DNA of 64,000 nucleotides from Mytilus edulis (lineage: Eukaryota): positions 60,512,001-60,576,000 of the forward strand of contig NC_092350.1 of NCBI RefSeq assembly GCF_963676685.1. The letters run 5' to 3'. The notes below the pieces were generated by a model that was not told the origin of the DNA, did no database searches, and was given only the letters and a program-made list of their open reading frames with translations. Below, piece after piece: positions 24,201 through 36,439 of this stretch. The first letter of the stretch is position 1; every line of letters begins with the position of its first letter. Both the position numbers and the translations under genes were made by a program.

Positions 24201-26672
24201 CGATATAGTAATAAAAGTTCATCACTTTATGTCTGGCGTACTAAATCATTATCCTGGTTCCTTTGATAACTATTTACACCACTGGGTCGATGCCACTGCT
24301 GGTGAACGTTCCGTCCCCAAGGGTATCACCAGCCCGGTAGTTAAAACTTCGGTGTTGACATGAATATCAATAATGTGGTCATTTTTGATAAATTTCCTTT
24401 GAATATTTCGAAAAACTAATGAATTTTCTTATCCCAGGCATAGATTACCTCAGCCGTATTTGGCACAAAATTTAGGAATTTTGGATCCTCAATGCTCTTC
24501 AACTTTGAACTTGTTTGGCTTTATAAATATTTTGATATGGGCGTCACTGATTAGTCTTATTTAGACGGAACGCGCGCCTGACGTACTAAATTATAGTCCT
24601 GGTACGTTTGCTAACTATGTAACATGACAGCTGTTTGTAATGATTCAGCGATTTAAACAAAGAAAACAAGCTGAAGAAAATCAACAAAAATATTTCTTTC
24701 AAACAGTTTTCTCAATAAAAAAATGCATACACAGACAAGGAATCGTGTTTCATTTGATTAAAAGATAGACTTGAACTTTCTATAATTCCGTGAGTCATAC
24801 ATGTACAAATCTACTAAAGATGGGAAGTCAACCAATGAATCAATAAATAACAATTTCATAATAAAATGATTACATGTATTTTGCAGTTACATGTATGTCA
24901 TCCGTAATGTCAAAATTTCATGCATTTATTTAATGACAACAGTATCATCCCATGCTGTTTGTTGCCATGGCTATGCCGTTTTTTAACCCAAATATTATAA
25001 AGTCTTGTTTAAAGGAATTTTTAATGAACTTTTGAATTAAAATTTATTATTAATGAATAGAGCACAATTATTTATATATATTTTATTCAGTTTTTTTTTA
25101 TAGCATATTCCAGAAGAATTTAAACACAATCTTCCTTAAAACAACATAAAAAACACTTTAAAAAACGGGACTATGTTCTTTCAACATTGATTGGGTACAT
25201 CCTCCTGTCAACAAAATGATGTATCATATCAGTATAATATCACTAAGAACAAAATCCAGGGTTCTAGCGAACCTTACTTTAACTAGGAATTTACATGTCA
25301 GATAAATGTCATTACGATACTGACGACTATAGACGGATTGCTTCATATCTTTAAAATATTTCCAAAGATTTTGACACAGTATTACTTTAAATAAAATTAT
25401 ATGGCAAATATATACATGATATATGATGCTTTCAACATTCCAAATACCATAATACTCTCTCCTCAATTGTGTGAAATTTACATGGCCTAATCGATACATC
25501 TCGAGCGTGATTATTCACAGTCAAAAGACTTTATCAGCATTGACGTCCTTCCTCTATAAAAATTGCTCTAACAGAGAAAGAATAAGTAAAAACGACATTA
25601 TGAAATGTCTATGGTAATCATGTCGAATTAATTGTCTTCTTTCTGCTAACTAATTGCATTTTTGTAGATCTTGAAATAGCAGAACAGTTGTATAATTTTT
25701 AATTAAACTTATCATGACTATTGGTGACGTTTGGTGGACGGGTGCCAATTCGTATGGCGGCTGATTAATACATATCAGGATGCGCTTGCCGTGTCCACGC
25801 AGCATATCTAACTCATGTTTGAGTTCATGCGGTTCTCAAAATAAGAAGAAAAACTAAAAAAAAAACTCTCAACTGAAAAGAAACCTTAATTTAAGAGCAA
25901 TCTAGGCAAATATTGTTATGAACTTCCTTTTCTCATTTTAAAGGTTTATATATGTTGTGTTCAAGTTATCATTTTGTACAAATAATAATTTGTGCATAAC
26001 AAATGTAGAAATTATAGGTTGTATTTTGACTTTGTACAAATTGTAATTTGTACAAAAAGTGTTTTTACAAATAACACTTTGTACAAAATTTGAATAAAAT
26101 TCCCTTGTAACTTTAACTATAATTTATAGTATTAATTTTGTTTTAAAAAAGCATCGATACACACTATAAAATATATTTAATGATCACACAATAAACCTCA
26201 TTCACAAAATACAAAAATGGTTTTGTTAGAGTATGTGAGTGAATTAAAGCATCGGGAATTGCACTTTGTTACAATTTGTACAAAGTCAACCACAAATTAT
26301 AATTTGTACAATGAATTTGTACAAATTGTAATTTGTACATTTTTTTTTGTAAATATTATAATTTGTACACAACACACAAAAATAGATGTTTCTCTAAATA
26401 GTAACGTTGTGATAGTGCGGCATAATAAGTTAATAATAATTGTGCTGAAATGTTTATCGATAGAATTCCATTGCTAAAGTTTGATTTGTTTTAAAAACAA
26501 TTGTTTTCAAAGAAAAGGGACGTTATTGGTACCAATAACTGAATTCATAGCTTAATTATTTTTCTCGTAGATGTAAAACTTTTTGTACTTGAAAAACTTA
26601 AATATCAAACAATATACCTTTAATGCTGGAAACACAAATGGCAAGCAAAATAATTACAGCAGTAATCTTCAT
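15245..26672 (-). CDS. Secreted F-type lectin (fucolectin-like, F5/8 type C fold) + C-terminal PAN/apple domain, paralog 1 (260 aa)
   Basis: Exons 26672-26618 (signal peptide MKITAVIILLAICVSSIK), 23996-23769 (NIALGKPTKQ..AVDG..CTH..WWAVDLG..GRQTTCC), 22547-22299 (..GRFIRI..LCEVEVYG) and 15495-15245 (PAN: ECTNQC..GC..YN..ECSL). All introns GT-AG and phase 1; 783 nt open frame. Confidence 0.9.
15553..15665 (-). ncRNA. Retrozyme fragment with degenerate type I hammerhead ribozyme
   Basis: Minus strand reads GCGTCA-CTAATGA-GTCT(tttgt)AGAC-GAAA-CGTGCG-TC-TGGCGT; the core CUGAUGA is mutated to CUAAUGA. Same family as 24231-24618. Confidence 0.7.
15736..19620. mobile_element. Non-autonomous TIR DNA element (~140-bp imperfect TIRs starting TAG; Academ-like or TA-target type) containing a Gypsy fragment
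   Basis: Left TAGTCCGGCCGATCGGTG..TTGCTCA..ATGAGGAAAGCA..AGCTATGGACCCAC..AATATGGC versus right (reverse complement) TAGACCGGCCGATTGGTG..TTGCTCA..ATGAGGAAAGCA..AGCTATGGACCCAC..AATATGGC. Lies in intron 3 of lectin paralog 1. Confidence 0.8.
16370..19170 (+). pseudogene. Decayed Ty3/Gypsy gag-protease fragment
   Basis: Frameshifted gag-like WKAFIYQFERTA...FEYARK at ~17600-17725 and aspartic-protease motif MIVDTAAMIT*VNE at 18481; many stops. No RT, integrase or LTRs seen. Confidence 0.7.
19878..20147 (+). repeat. Dispersed SINE-like repeat family A
   Basis: GGAAGACGTGGTATGAGTGC...AGGTCAAGGTACGGCCTTCAACACGG...CTCACACCGAACAGCAAGCTATAAAGG; several other copies in the window. Confidence 0.75.
21223..21957. 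mobile_element. Foldback/MITE with subterminal CCATTTCGTACC repeats
   Basis: About 8 copies of (CC)ATTTCGTACC on the left (21247-21460) and inverted GTACGAAATGG copies on the right (21780-21950). Confidence 0.75.
23555..23750 (-). repeat. Dispersed SINE-like repeat family E
   Basis: CCAGGTTTAATCCAC..TTTTCTACAT..CCTGTA..AGTCAGGAATATGACAGTT. Related copies near 23075, 39720, 45380, 49435, 50688, 53040, 54650, 58840 and 60770. Confidence 0.7.
24231..24618 (+). mobile_element. Non-LTR retrozyme unit (345-nt period) with degenerate type I hammerhead
   Basis: Direct repeat GTCTGGCGTACTAAAT..CCTGGT..TTTGATAACTAT at 24231 recurs at 24576 (period 345). The junction holds GCGTCA-CTGATTA-GTCT..AGAC-GGAA-CGCGCG-CC-TGACGT, a hammerhead with three core substitutions. 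Confidence 0.75.
25945..26392. mobile_element. AT-rich MITE with TTGTACAAAT subterminal repeats
   Basis: TTGACTTTGTACAAATTGTAA (~26026) is inverted at ~26269-26289; related element at 38335-38872. Confidence 0.55.
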
Positions 26673-26986
26673 TCCCTGCAAATAAAACAAAATCACATTT
26701 CAGCTTAAATTTCACGAACACTCTTAATTTGAAAAATTCTAAATATATCAAAGTATCATTTCACTCAAAATAAAAATAAAAATTATAACTTACTATTTAT
26801 TCTGTTCTATTCGTGAAAGATTAAAAAAGAATCAGCTGAATTCTAATAAATCCGTATTATATTGCTCCATGAACCTCCGAGTTTTCCATCATGTTTTAAA
26901 GTAACTGCGTAGTATATACCAATGTTTGAATTTTATACATAATGTTGATTTCAAAATAACCGGATGTGAATAAAAAGATCCTGAAA

Positions 26987-27348
26987 CCATTCAAGTGCTC
27001 TATGAAATAAGTATTGAAATTGCAACTACGGTCTTCCTGTTTCTTTTCACTCTCGATCTCAAAATATATTTATTGAAATGCTCTAACCGATAAAACAAAT
27101 AAAATACACAATGCTTCTGACGTTTTGTTTGTACATGTAGACACTCTTTTTGCATATGAATGAAAAGATTCCAACACCATTTAAGTGCTCTATGGAATAA
27201 GTATTGAAAAAGCAACTAGCGGTCTTCCTGTTTCTGTTCACTCTCGATCTCAAAATCCATTTAATGAAATGCTCTTATCGATTTATACATATAGAATATA
27301 CCATGCTTCTGACGTGTTGGTAGTACATATAGACCTTTTTTGTGCATA
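26987..27348. repeat. Tandem duplication (~190-bp period) upstream of lectin paralog 1
   Basis: AAGTGCTCTATG.AATAAGTATTGAAA..GCAACTA..GGTCTTCCTGTTTCT..TCACTCTCGATCTCAAAAT occurs twice; paralog 2 has a single related copy at ~50820-50990. Confidence 0.8.
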
Positions 27349-27658
27349 GAAAAGGTCCTTATATAACTTTTATGAAGAAGTGTAACAAATGAAAAAAAGC
27401 TACTTCCTACTAATAGAATTCAACCTTTTGCGTTTTTATAAGAAAATTATTTGAGTTTTGATAAAACTCTTTCTTTGTGTACCATTGCAAAGTCTGACAT
27501 AATGAAAGGAAACAAGACACTTAAAACGTTTTACAACCTTTTGATAATATCGAAAAAACGTGTATGTTCTAAATCTTTTTAATAAATGCAAAATCAACAA
27601 GAATAATGCCGAACATATGGACAATCACTTTTCCGTTCGACAAATTTTCAAAAGGAAA

Positions 27659-29405
27659 AGCATTTTTACTAGATAACATTTTTGTTCGCTTTGGGGATTC
27701 CGTATATCGTCAGATTATCGGAATTCCAATGGGGACTAACTGTGCACCACTTATTGCGGACCTGTTTTTGTATTGTTATGAGTTACAATTTATGACAAAA
27801 ATAAGCAAAGATCCATCGAAACAACATCATATTTGGATGATATTTTGGCTATCAATAATGACGACTTCAGTATCTTTATTAATGAAATTTATCCTGTTGA
27901 ACTTACTTTAAATAAAGCTAATACTAACAATGACCACTGCCCTTTTCTCGATCTTGATATCTATATCACTAATGGAAAGCTGCATACTAAAATTTATGAT
28001 AAAAGGGATGATTTTTCATTTCCTATCGTTAATTATCCGTTTTTAGATGGTGAAGTTCCCTTGTCACCATCTTACGGTGTTTATATATCTCAACTTGTAC
28101 GATTCGCTCGTGTATGTAACAATGTTTAAAATTTTAACGAGAGAAATTTGTGTATTACTGAAAAATTATTACACCAGGGTTTTCGATATCACAAACTAGT
28201 CAAAACATTTACTAAATTTTATCATCGGTATAAAGACATCATTCGTAAATATAGCTCAACATGCAGACTTCTAATACGTTCAGGTATTTCACATCCAATT
28301 TTTTATGGAAATATTCTTTATAAAGCACAAAGGTGTCAGTATTCACCTCAGAAACTTACAAAACTTTTGAATAGACTTATTAAGAAGGGATATAATTACG
28401 ATACTGTTGTCAAGTCATTAAAAGAGGGACGAAAGATACCAAAGGGACAGTCAAACTCATAAATCTAAAACAAACTGACAACGCCATGGCTAAAAATAAA
28501 AAAGACAAACAGAAAAACAATAGTACACACGACACAACATAGAAAACTAAAGAATAAACAACACGAACCCCATCAAAAACTAGGGGTGATCTCAGGTGCT
28601 CCGGAAGGGTAAGCAGATCCTGCTCCACATGTGGCACCCGTCGTGTTGCTTAAGTGATTACAAATCCGGTAAATAGTCTAATTCGGTAGGTCATTAAAGA
28701 TTGCATATTTTGGCGTTAATACATGTAAAATTGAGTCACTGATAAGGTCTTTGCATCGGAACTAAACACATTTATTCTAAAAACAGTTGTTGGCATGACA
28801 TGGGTTATGTTCTTCTCATATATGTTATGATGGTATGATACTAAACCCCTAACGGGAAGGATTGTGCCTGATGTTCATATGATGAAATCATAATCTTTCA
28901 GTCAGTTTAATTGAAGTCTGGAGCAGCTGGCATGTCAGTTAACTGCTAGTAGTCTGTTGTTATTTATGTATTATTGTCATTTTGTTTATTTTCTTTGGTT
29001 ACATCTTCTGACTTCAGACTCGGACTTCTCTTGAACTGAATTTTAATTTGCGTATTGTTATGCGTTTACTTTTCTACATTGGTTAGAGGTATAGGGGGAG
29101 GGTTGAGATCTCACAAACATGTTTAACCCCGCCACATTTTTGCGCCTGTCCCAAGTCAGGAGCCTCTGGCCTTTGTTAGTCTTGTATTATTTTAATTTTA
29201 GTTTCTTGTGTACAATTTGGAAATTAGTATGGCGTTCATTATCACTGGACTAGTATATATTTGTTTAGGGACCAGCTGAAGGACGCCTCCGGGTGCGGGA
29301 ATTTCTCGCTACAATGAAGACCTGTTGGTGACCCTTTGCTGTTGTTTTTTATTTGGTCGGGTTGTTGTCTCTTTGACACATTCCCCATTTCCATCCTCAA
29401 TTTTA
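27659..29405 (+). mobile_element. 5'-truncated Penelope-like retroelement (RT C-terminal half + 3' region), pseudogenised
   Basis: FLLDNIFV..YRQIIGIPMGTNCAPLIADLFLY, YLDD (~27830), PFLDLDI..KIYDKRDDF, YGVYISQLVRFAR. A deletion/frameshift at ~27825, a stop at 28127 and an insertion at 28422-28689; the frame ends ..SLHRN* at 28765. The 3' part (28880-29405) is near-identical to 44547-45070. Confidence 0.85.
28422..28693 (-). mobile_element. Non-autonomous repeat family C inserted in the Penelope RT, with target duplication
   Basis: GTCATTAA on both sides (28414-28421 and 28690-28697); removing the insert restores VVKSLKIAYFG. Near-identical copy at 51708-51927. Confidence 0.85.
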
Positions 29406-29524
29406 TTGTTAAAGTCAAAGCTCATGAACAATTTCTTTTTCGTTTATATCCTGTTGCAAATGTTTCATGCATGTTCAGAACGAGAACAAGTTAACTATAA
29501 ATTCTATAGGAAGGTCTTGTAATA

Positions 29525-29800
29525 GATAAAATTGAGAATAGAAATAGGGAATATGTCAAAGAGACAAAAACCCGACCATGGAACAGACAACAGCAGAAGG
29601 TCACCTATAGGTCTTCAATGCAGCGAGAAACTCCCGCACAGTGGCGGATCCAGAACTTTTCATAAGGGGGGGGGGGGCTCCAGCCATGCTTCAGTGATTT
29701 CCTTTATAATCAACCAAATTTTCCCCCATGAAAGGGGGGCCCGGGCCCCCTGACTCCCCCTCTTGATCCGTCTATGGCGCACCCGGAGGCGTCCTTCAAC
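29525..29800 (-). repeat. Family B repeat, inverted relative to 28880-29405, interrupted by a small GC-rich MITE (29639-29775)
   Basis: AAAATTGAGAAT.GAAAT.GGGAAT.TGTCAAAGAGACAA. The insert CAGTGGCGGATCC...GATCCGTCTATG splits CCCGCA|CCCGGAGGCGTCC. Confidence 0.7.
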
Positions 29801-29978
29801 TGTTTATATATAGCTAATATAAGACACTTAAGTTGATTAACCATTCCAGACCCTTTTGTTTTCCACATATATAATTATATAATTAATCATCAATCATATT
29901 GTCATATTATTGTTTGTTGTAAAATGATGCCCTTTATATGTTCTTGGTTAGATTAATAAAATTCTTATCTTATCTTAT

Positions 29979-30176
29979 TACCATAATTGATAAGTTCCAG
30001 TTCGAAAAGTTCAAACAAGAAAGATTTTGAAAGCATAGAAAACTGTGCATATTATAATCAGCATGACTTTTTCAGATTACAATACCAATACTAAAAATTC
30101 AGGCTAAAATAAGGCTTGCACATAGTTATATACTTTAATTCAGTCACGGACCTGTGATATCGCGGATGTGTTCTAG
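29979..30176 (+). mobile_element. Helitron 3' end fragment
   Basis: Homologous to 59950-60136; hairpin followed by TGTGTTCTAG|T. Confidence 0.75.
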
Positions 30177-31657
30177 TGTATACAATAAAAACAAAATGAA
30201 GTTAACGATCCCTTTAATTTCGTAATGGTAAACTTTGTAACACTTGTGTTTAGGGAGCAACCATTTAACTTCAAAGGAAGGGGAGATGGTTTTTTTTGTC
30301 TGAGTCAGATTCCCCCCCCCCCCCTTTACGTTATCAATATTTTTTTTCAATTTTATTTTACATCTGCTTGACCAGAATATTTTTTTAGGAAAAAACTCGG
30401 TTCCTTAAATAGTTTATTATTTTTTTTAACATCTGTTACAATTTTTATTGTAAAATGAAAAACATTTTGATTTTTTTCAACTTGATTATTGTACATAATA
30501 TAATCAAATGAATAAAGGGAGATGATTACGCACTTTTGAATATGCGACCTTAATTTACTGAAAGATAGAAAAAGGAAAATAATCATCAAATATCAAATGT
30601 ATATGAATGATAAAAACATGTATCATAAATACATCAGTCTCTTTTTTAACCGTCAAATATCTATACATGATGATATTGAAAGATTTCTTGAACTGGTAAT
30701 TGAACAATATTGTTCATGCAATGTATACAAATACTTTGATCTGTAAATGAGTAGCACAATGTTAATTTTGAAGTTCCTTTCTGAACCATTATCACAATTG
30801 TTGCAAATAATTATTTTCTCCGTCCCATTCACTAACTATTGTATGACTAACTAGAAAGGAGGAGTGCTTTTGTTAATATGTCAAACACGGAAGCTTTGAT
30901 CCCTTATACACATAGAGATGAAGAACTTTGATGTCATCGAAGATCAATGTAAATTGCATAGGATAAATCTGTTTTCTAGTCATGTGGCATGCAGTTGTAA
31001 CAACTGCAAGTTGGCTATAAAGATCAGAAGCTATACACATATTCATTTATAGCAAAATGTACTCTCTAAACACGAACTCCGAATTCTAAGATTTGCACAT
31101 ACCTCAAAATGTCAACTTTCAACTCTTTGATGTCTTCTGATAAGGATCCGGATATTGGAGACAGCAGCATGCATTTTGTTTCTTGAGTCATCACAGACTT
31201 CAGAAGTCCCTGAGCAAGGAAGAAGCCCAAGTCCAGCACAGATATGGAGGCCACATTTTGAGAGTCCAGTTATAGCAAATAGCCCAGTCACAGTTTCGTC
31301 AGGTGCTTGTGGAGGGCCACAAGATACTCCTCGGTCGTATACCCGACAAACCAGTACCCCTTTACTGGGTAGAGTGCAACAAGAAAACACTACACGTATA
31401 TCCAGCTCGTGTATTAAGGTACTTTACTTTATAACTTATGAACATGTGTGTACCCAATTGAAGTATTAAATTGACATACTTCCACGATATATAATGACGA
31501 TTGGGAATTGATAGGCATGAATGAGGCTATATTATAATTTTATCATTTTGTGGCGTGGTCATTTCCATTTTAGATTTGATAAGGATACTTTTATCAGTTT
31601 AATGATATTTAATTTTGATTGATGTGACAGCTTTTACGGTTCATTGAATGCTTTGAT

Positions 31658-31858
31658 TAAGGTGGTACCTAATACTACAGGGAGATCACTCTGAAATTCA
31701 GTTAAACGTTTTAATCACTTTGTATTGTTAAGGAAATATTAGGCTTCTTAGTCAAACTGCTATATAACCAATGAAAATTTTCTTATAAAGTGGTTGATTC
31801 AAATTTTTGCCAAAGGGTCAAAGTAAACATTTTGTCAAAATTCTATGAAAATTAAACG
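31658..31858 (+). mobile_element. Truncated TTAA-flanked MITE (Kolobok-like AGG terminus)
   Basis: TTAAGGTGGTACCTAATACTACAGGGAG start; abuts the truncated exon at ~31860. Confidence 0.5.
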
Positions 31859-33429
31859 TGACGGATACAAACATAACCAGACAACAAATGGGTTAAAGTG
31901 GACCACAAAAACTGCAGCCGGTACAGTACTAAAGTGAGTATAACATGTATCTTATAACAACAATCGAATACCTAGTCCGAGATGACTTTGACATCTGAAG
32001 ACCTTTTAAGAACTTGCTTGTGCAGTGGGACGAAAGAGCACACTCCTTATAGAAAACAGAGAAATTGCTGGCTTAGACTTGACGCGGCACATTTATTAAA
32101 AATTAAAAAAATCATATACCATCCGATTCCTCATTCAATGATGTTGATACCGATTGTTTATGGTCGTTCTATTGCGTCCAAGTCGCTGTACCTATATGTT
32201 GCCAAACCAAACAAAAGTATAGCAATGTCCGGATGGATGTTATTTTTTCTTTCTTTATTTTTTTTAAATATTTTGTTATCAAATCAAAACGTTTCTGCCT
32301 TTTATGAACTGTATAGCCCGCCTTTTAATTAAGTGTCCCCTGTGTGCAACGTAAATGCACCTATAGTGACAATTCTTTTTTTTAATATAAAGGACAAGGA
32401 AGACTAGTCCACATTTTTTCTTTCTGTTACAAGTATGTTTAAAGTTATAATAAACGAACTATATGAGTTTAGCTTCAAAATAAGGAAATTGATGATGAAC
32501 ATATTCTTATATTCATAGATGCAATTCTGAAGAAAATAAAGCAATGACAGAGGCGATTTTGATTTATGTGAAGGGTCAGCATCAAACTGTTGAAGAGGGT
32601 GTGATCAGGTGTAAGTACATCTATAGCTGCAGCACTTATACTTATAATATTTTGTAACAGTCGTTAGACGATCAAAATTACCTATCCAATGCGTTTTATC
32701 ACTTATTTTCTTAAACTTATGATTGTATGGTGGATTGGGAATTACGTTTTTTCGAACGACCCCCCCCCCCCCCCCACCCCTTTTTCCAAAAAAAGTCCAA
32801 CCAAACACCAAAACAAACACCAAAACAAACAAAATAACAAAAACAAACAAAAAGAATATCAAATAAACGCGCTTAGTAAAAAGTAAAAAGAATGATTCGA
32901 TCATCCCCAAATTCCTCCATGAATATCAAATGACCGTCAATTTATGACAGTATCCGATTTCTTTCTTTACCTAATTGATTAATTGTCATTACTACATCGC
33001 TTTTTTTAATTCTGAGATGTGGCACGTGACCGTCATTTGGTTAAAAAAAACAGGTCCGTTTCAAACTTGAAGTAAGATTTTGCCTCAGATTCGGCTAGCT
33101 CTGTCTTGAAGGCATCACTTTGATGTCGAGATGGTAAACAGCAATAGAAGCGCAGTTCCTTTCCTTTTTTTTTTAGTTTATGTACTCACTTTTTAATCAG
33201 TATATGCATGTTCGAATATCATTGAGAATTTTTCCAAAGCTGTCGTTGAAAGCGTTTGTTTGCGTCTTAACTTTAAAAAAAAAATCTTCTATTATTCTTC
33301 TAAAGGTTTGCAGTGTTTTTTTACGAAACAATTGTACACACCATATATATGTATATAAATTATATCTGATATAATTTTATTGGTGGTTATATCTACATAT
33401 TTTAGAATTAAAATCAAAATGTATCTTCA

Positions 33430-33695
33430 TATAAAAAAGAAGATGTGGTATTGCAAATGAGACAACTTTCCACTAGAGACAAAAATGACACAGAAATTAA
33501 CAACTATAGGTTACCGTACGGACTTCAACAATGAGCAAGGCCCATACCGCATAATCAGCTATAAAAGGCCCCGAAATGACAATGTATAACAATTCAAACG
33601 AGAAAACTAACAGCCTAATTTATGTACAGAAAATGAACGAAAAACAAATATGTAACATATACACAAACGAAAACCAATGAATCACTGGCTCCTGA
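33430..33695 (+). repeat. Dispersed SINE-like repeat family A
   Basis: Shares AAGAAGATGTGG..GAGACAAC..ATGACACAGAAATTAACAACTATAGG with 818-915. Confidence 0.75.
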
Positions 33696-36439
33696 AATGT
33701 TGGCAGGATCCCAACCCTCCTCAGTTTGTGTATCAATGAGTAACATGTATGGAACTATCATTCAAACTGTACAGTTTTCGAGGCGTTATTCTGTTTTTTT
33801 GTTGTTATTTCATTTAGGCTTTGGCAGTGAAGTATTAATTTTAGGTTTGATATTTTCAGATAGTTCTTTCTTTTTCTGCAGGTGGGATTGAAACGTATTT
33901 CAATTCTGGTAAACAGAAGGAGATAATGGAGTTAACAGGGAAAAAGGAAGAACATAATAGAAAAATGGTTCTCTATGGCCGAAAACACAGGGTATGTGCT
34001 GAATTAACACTTGAGACACTTTTAGTCATCTGGATTAGGAATAAACATCGGTGATAATTATTCTTAAGATAAGAATTTCAATAAAGATTGATTAAAGACA
34101 CATTGAAACTTATATAACAGTAAGGAGATGTTTGATGCTTTTGATGAGTTCAATGAATTAAACGTAATCAATTTGTTGTAGGCAGTTTGATTAAGAGATT
34201 TGAAGGTTCATGTAACTTTTCCGTATAATATGGTTAATTCATGGTTTTCATCTGTATATATTTTTTTGTAAATGAGAAAATTACCATTTTAACAAATCGC
34301 TTATTCAGAGACGGGTCCGGATTTTTCGGAATAAAAGGAGAACGCTTTTTTTTAAATCTGTTAAAGAGGGCGGACCCATTTTACCCTAAAATCCCACTGT
34401 TTTTTTTAATCCGAGTTAAGGGACCCCCATGATACGCCTATGCTATATACGAAAACAACTGTACAAGGTACCAATACTTAATTATTCGTTATTTATAGCG
34501 ATTTCAATTTCGTTTGTTGATAGTAATGCAAGGGAAATAATCCAAATTATACATCATGTGGTATTTATTTAAATTTTTATTTCACCATCTTCTGAGTTTA
34601 ACATTTAAGGTATACTGTACATATGTGTCTTTTTTTCAGAAACTTATCAACCGAAGAAGAACCCTAAAAGAAAGAAAAATTGATCCAAAGGAGGAGGAAA
34701 GGTTCATGAAAGCATTGGAGATTGAAACCATGTCCTCAGAAGATTCCGATTCTGAGGACGATTCTATCTTCGTTACACGTCCTCTGTCGTGGGTGTCGAC
34801 AGAGTTTAAACAGCTGATACAGCGTTTGGATAGAAAATACGATCGTACGTTAAACGCTCAGGGGAAGAGATTAAAATCCAAAAGAACAGTCGGGGAGCCA
34901 TCAGATAGACCGTGTCCCAAAAAGCCCAAGGGACTGGAGTGGATGTTTGGCTAAGGTGATATGGAGTTTTGACCATCAGTCATTTCAGATACATGTACAT
35001 GAAATTGTACTAATAAACATTTTGGCATACATATATGGTCTTGTTTAATTTATTACGACGAATTAATTTGAACTTATGTTGCCGTCTCGTTTTATTTTGT
35101 TAAATTGTGTTTATATTCAGTTTCAGCTAAACATGTAAAGAACCACGGGTCATTCTCCTTTAACTTAAAACCATTTGATATGCTTGGTGGGATAGGGAAG
35201 CGGCGTAATGACACGCACGCGCCGCACACAAACATATTTTCACTTTTGTACACAATTGTTTATTTTTTGTAAACTTTTGTTCGCCTATTTTTTTCAATAA
35301 TGTACATGTTTATTTTTAAATGAAATGTAGCATGTGTATGTCATTGATAATGATTTGTTATTCATTTGTTTTGTCTTATTATTTTTGTCAACTAAAACTA
35401 TTAATCAATTCACAAAATTCTTTACATTTATTTTTGTGGTTTTTATAAATAGATTTGCTTATCCTGGATGCCCCTTCTCACGAGGAACAGGGTATGGCGA
35501 ATAACGAACATATATGTACATGTCATCAATACGCTGACTTCTCGAAAAAAAAAGAAATCCTAAATTTAATGTAAAAAATGACTGTAGAAGTATAAAGAAC
35601 ACGTTTTCAGTTTGTCTAGATTTTTATTTATCAAAATAAGGTTTGATCAGAATGTGATGCCGAATATGTAACACTTCTTCAAACATGTAGCTATTTGAAT
35701 GTGCATAATAAAGAATATGACCACATAAAATGTATTTACTTTATTATTTATACTTGTAAATAACTTGTTTCCCGGGGCTTCTTGTGTAAATAAGAAAAAT
35801 ATAATTTCAGAGTTTTATATTGCAAAATGTACTTCTTGAGTATCGGGAATATGATATAGGTGTGCTGCTCGATTTTGGTGTTTATCGTTGCAATTTCGTG
35901 ATTCTAATTGTTTGATGTGAAAATATTCTCAGGGCAGTCTTTTCTAAGATTCATAGTCCAGAGTCTTCTGATTACTGATTGATCGAATTACCTTTTGCTG
36001 AGTCAAAGTGCCGGTGTCCTTTTTAACGTTTTTTAGCGTTTAGAATATTAGAAGCAAAATGCAGTTCTTTTTTTTCTTTTTTACCTCATTATGGAACAAA
36101 AAACGATAAATGACATAAAGGCATGTAGCAAGTCAAGATACACCTGAAGCTTGAAACTTTTACAGCCATATGGTACAGAAAATTTGTGCATAAGGTTATG
36201 GCCTAAGTCTCACCTAACCATCTTTATAAAAATACAAACACTCTTGTTAATTGTGAATCTTGTAGATTTGTAAATCATCAAACTATCAACATATTTGCAC
36301 ACACCCTTTCCCCTTTTTAATGCTTATAACAATCGAAAAAAAACCCAAAAACGAACAAACAAACAAACAAACAAACAAACAAACAAACAAAAAAAGGAAG
36401 AAAGAAGTTACTTAGAACATTTGGAACAGTTTATTGCGG

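Larger units (their letters stand above)
31109..34954 (+). pseudogene. Decayed 5-exon gene, C14orf93/DUF4616-like, probably a CACTA/EnSpm accessory ORF
   Basis: Exons 31109-31418 (frameshift near 31183), ~31860-31933 (acceptor lost under a MITE), 32519-32610, 33882-33991 and 34640-34954. The last three junctions are phase-compatible, giving ..VIRCGIETYFNS..RKHRKL.NRRR..MSSEDSDSE..VTRPLSWVS..LD..R.VGEPSDRPCP..W. AATAAA at 35012. Confidence 0.65.

Noticed and set aside
28410-28637. Duplicated small protein MPHVEQDLLTLPEHLRSP (also 51702-51917)
   Set aside because: Chance translation of repeat family C; the conservation reflects repeat identity and RNA structure.
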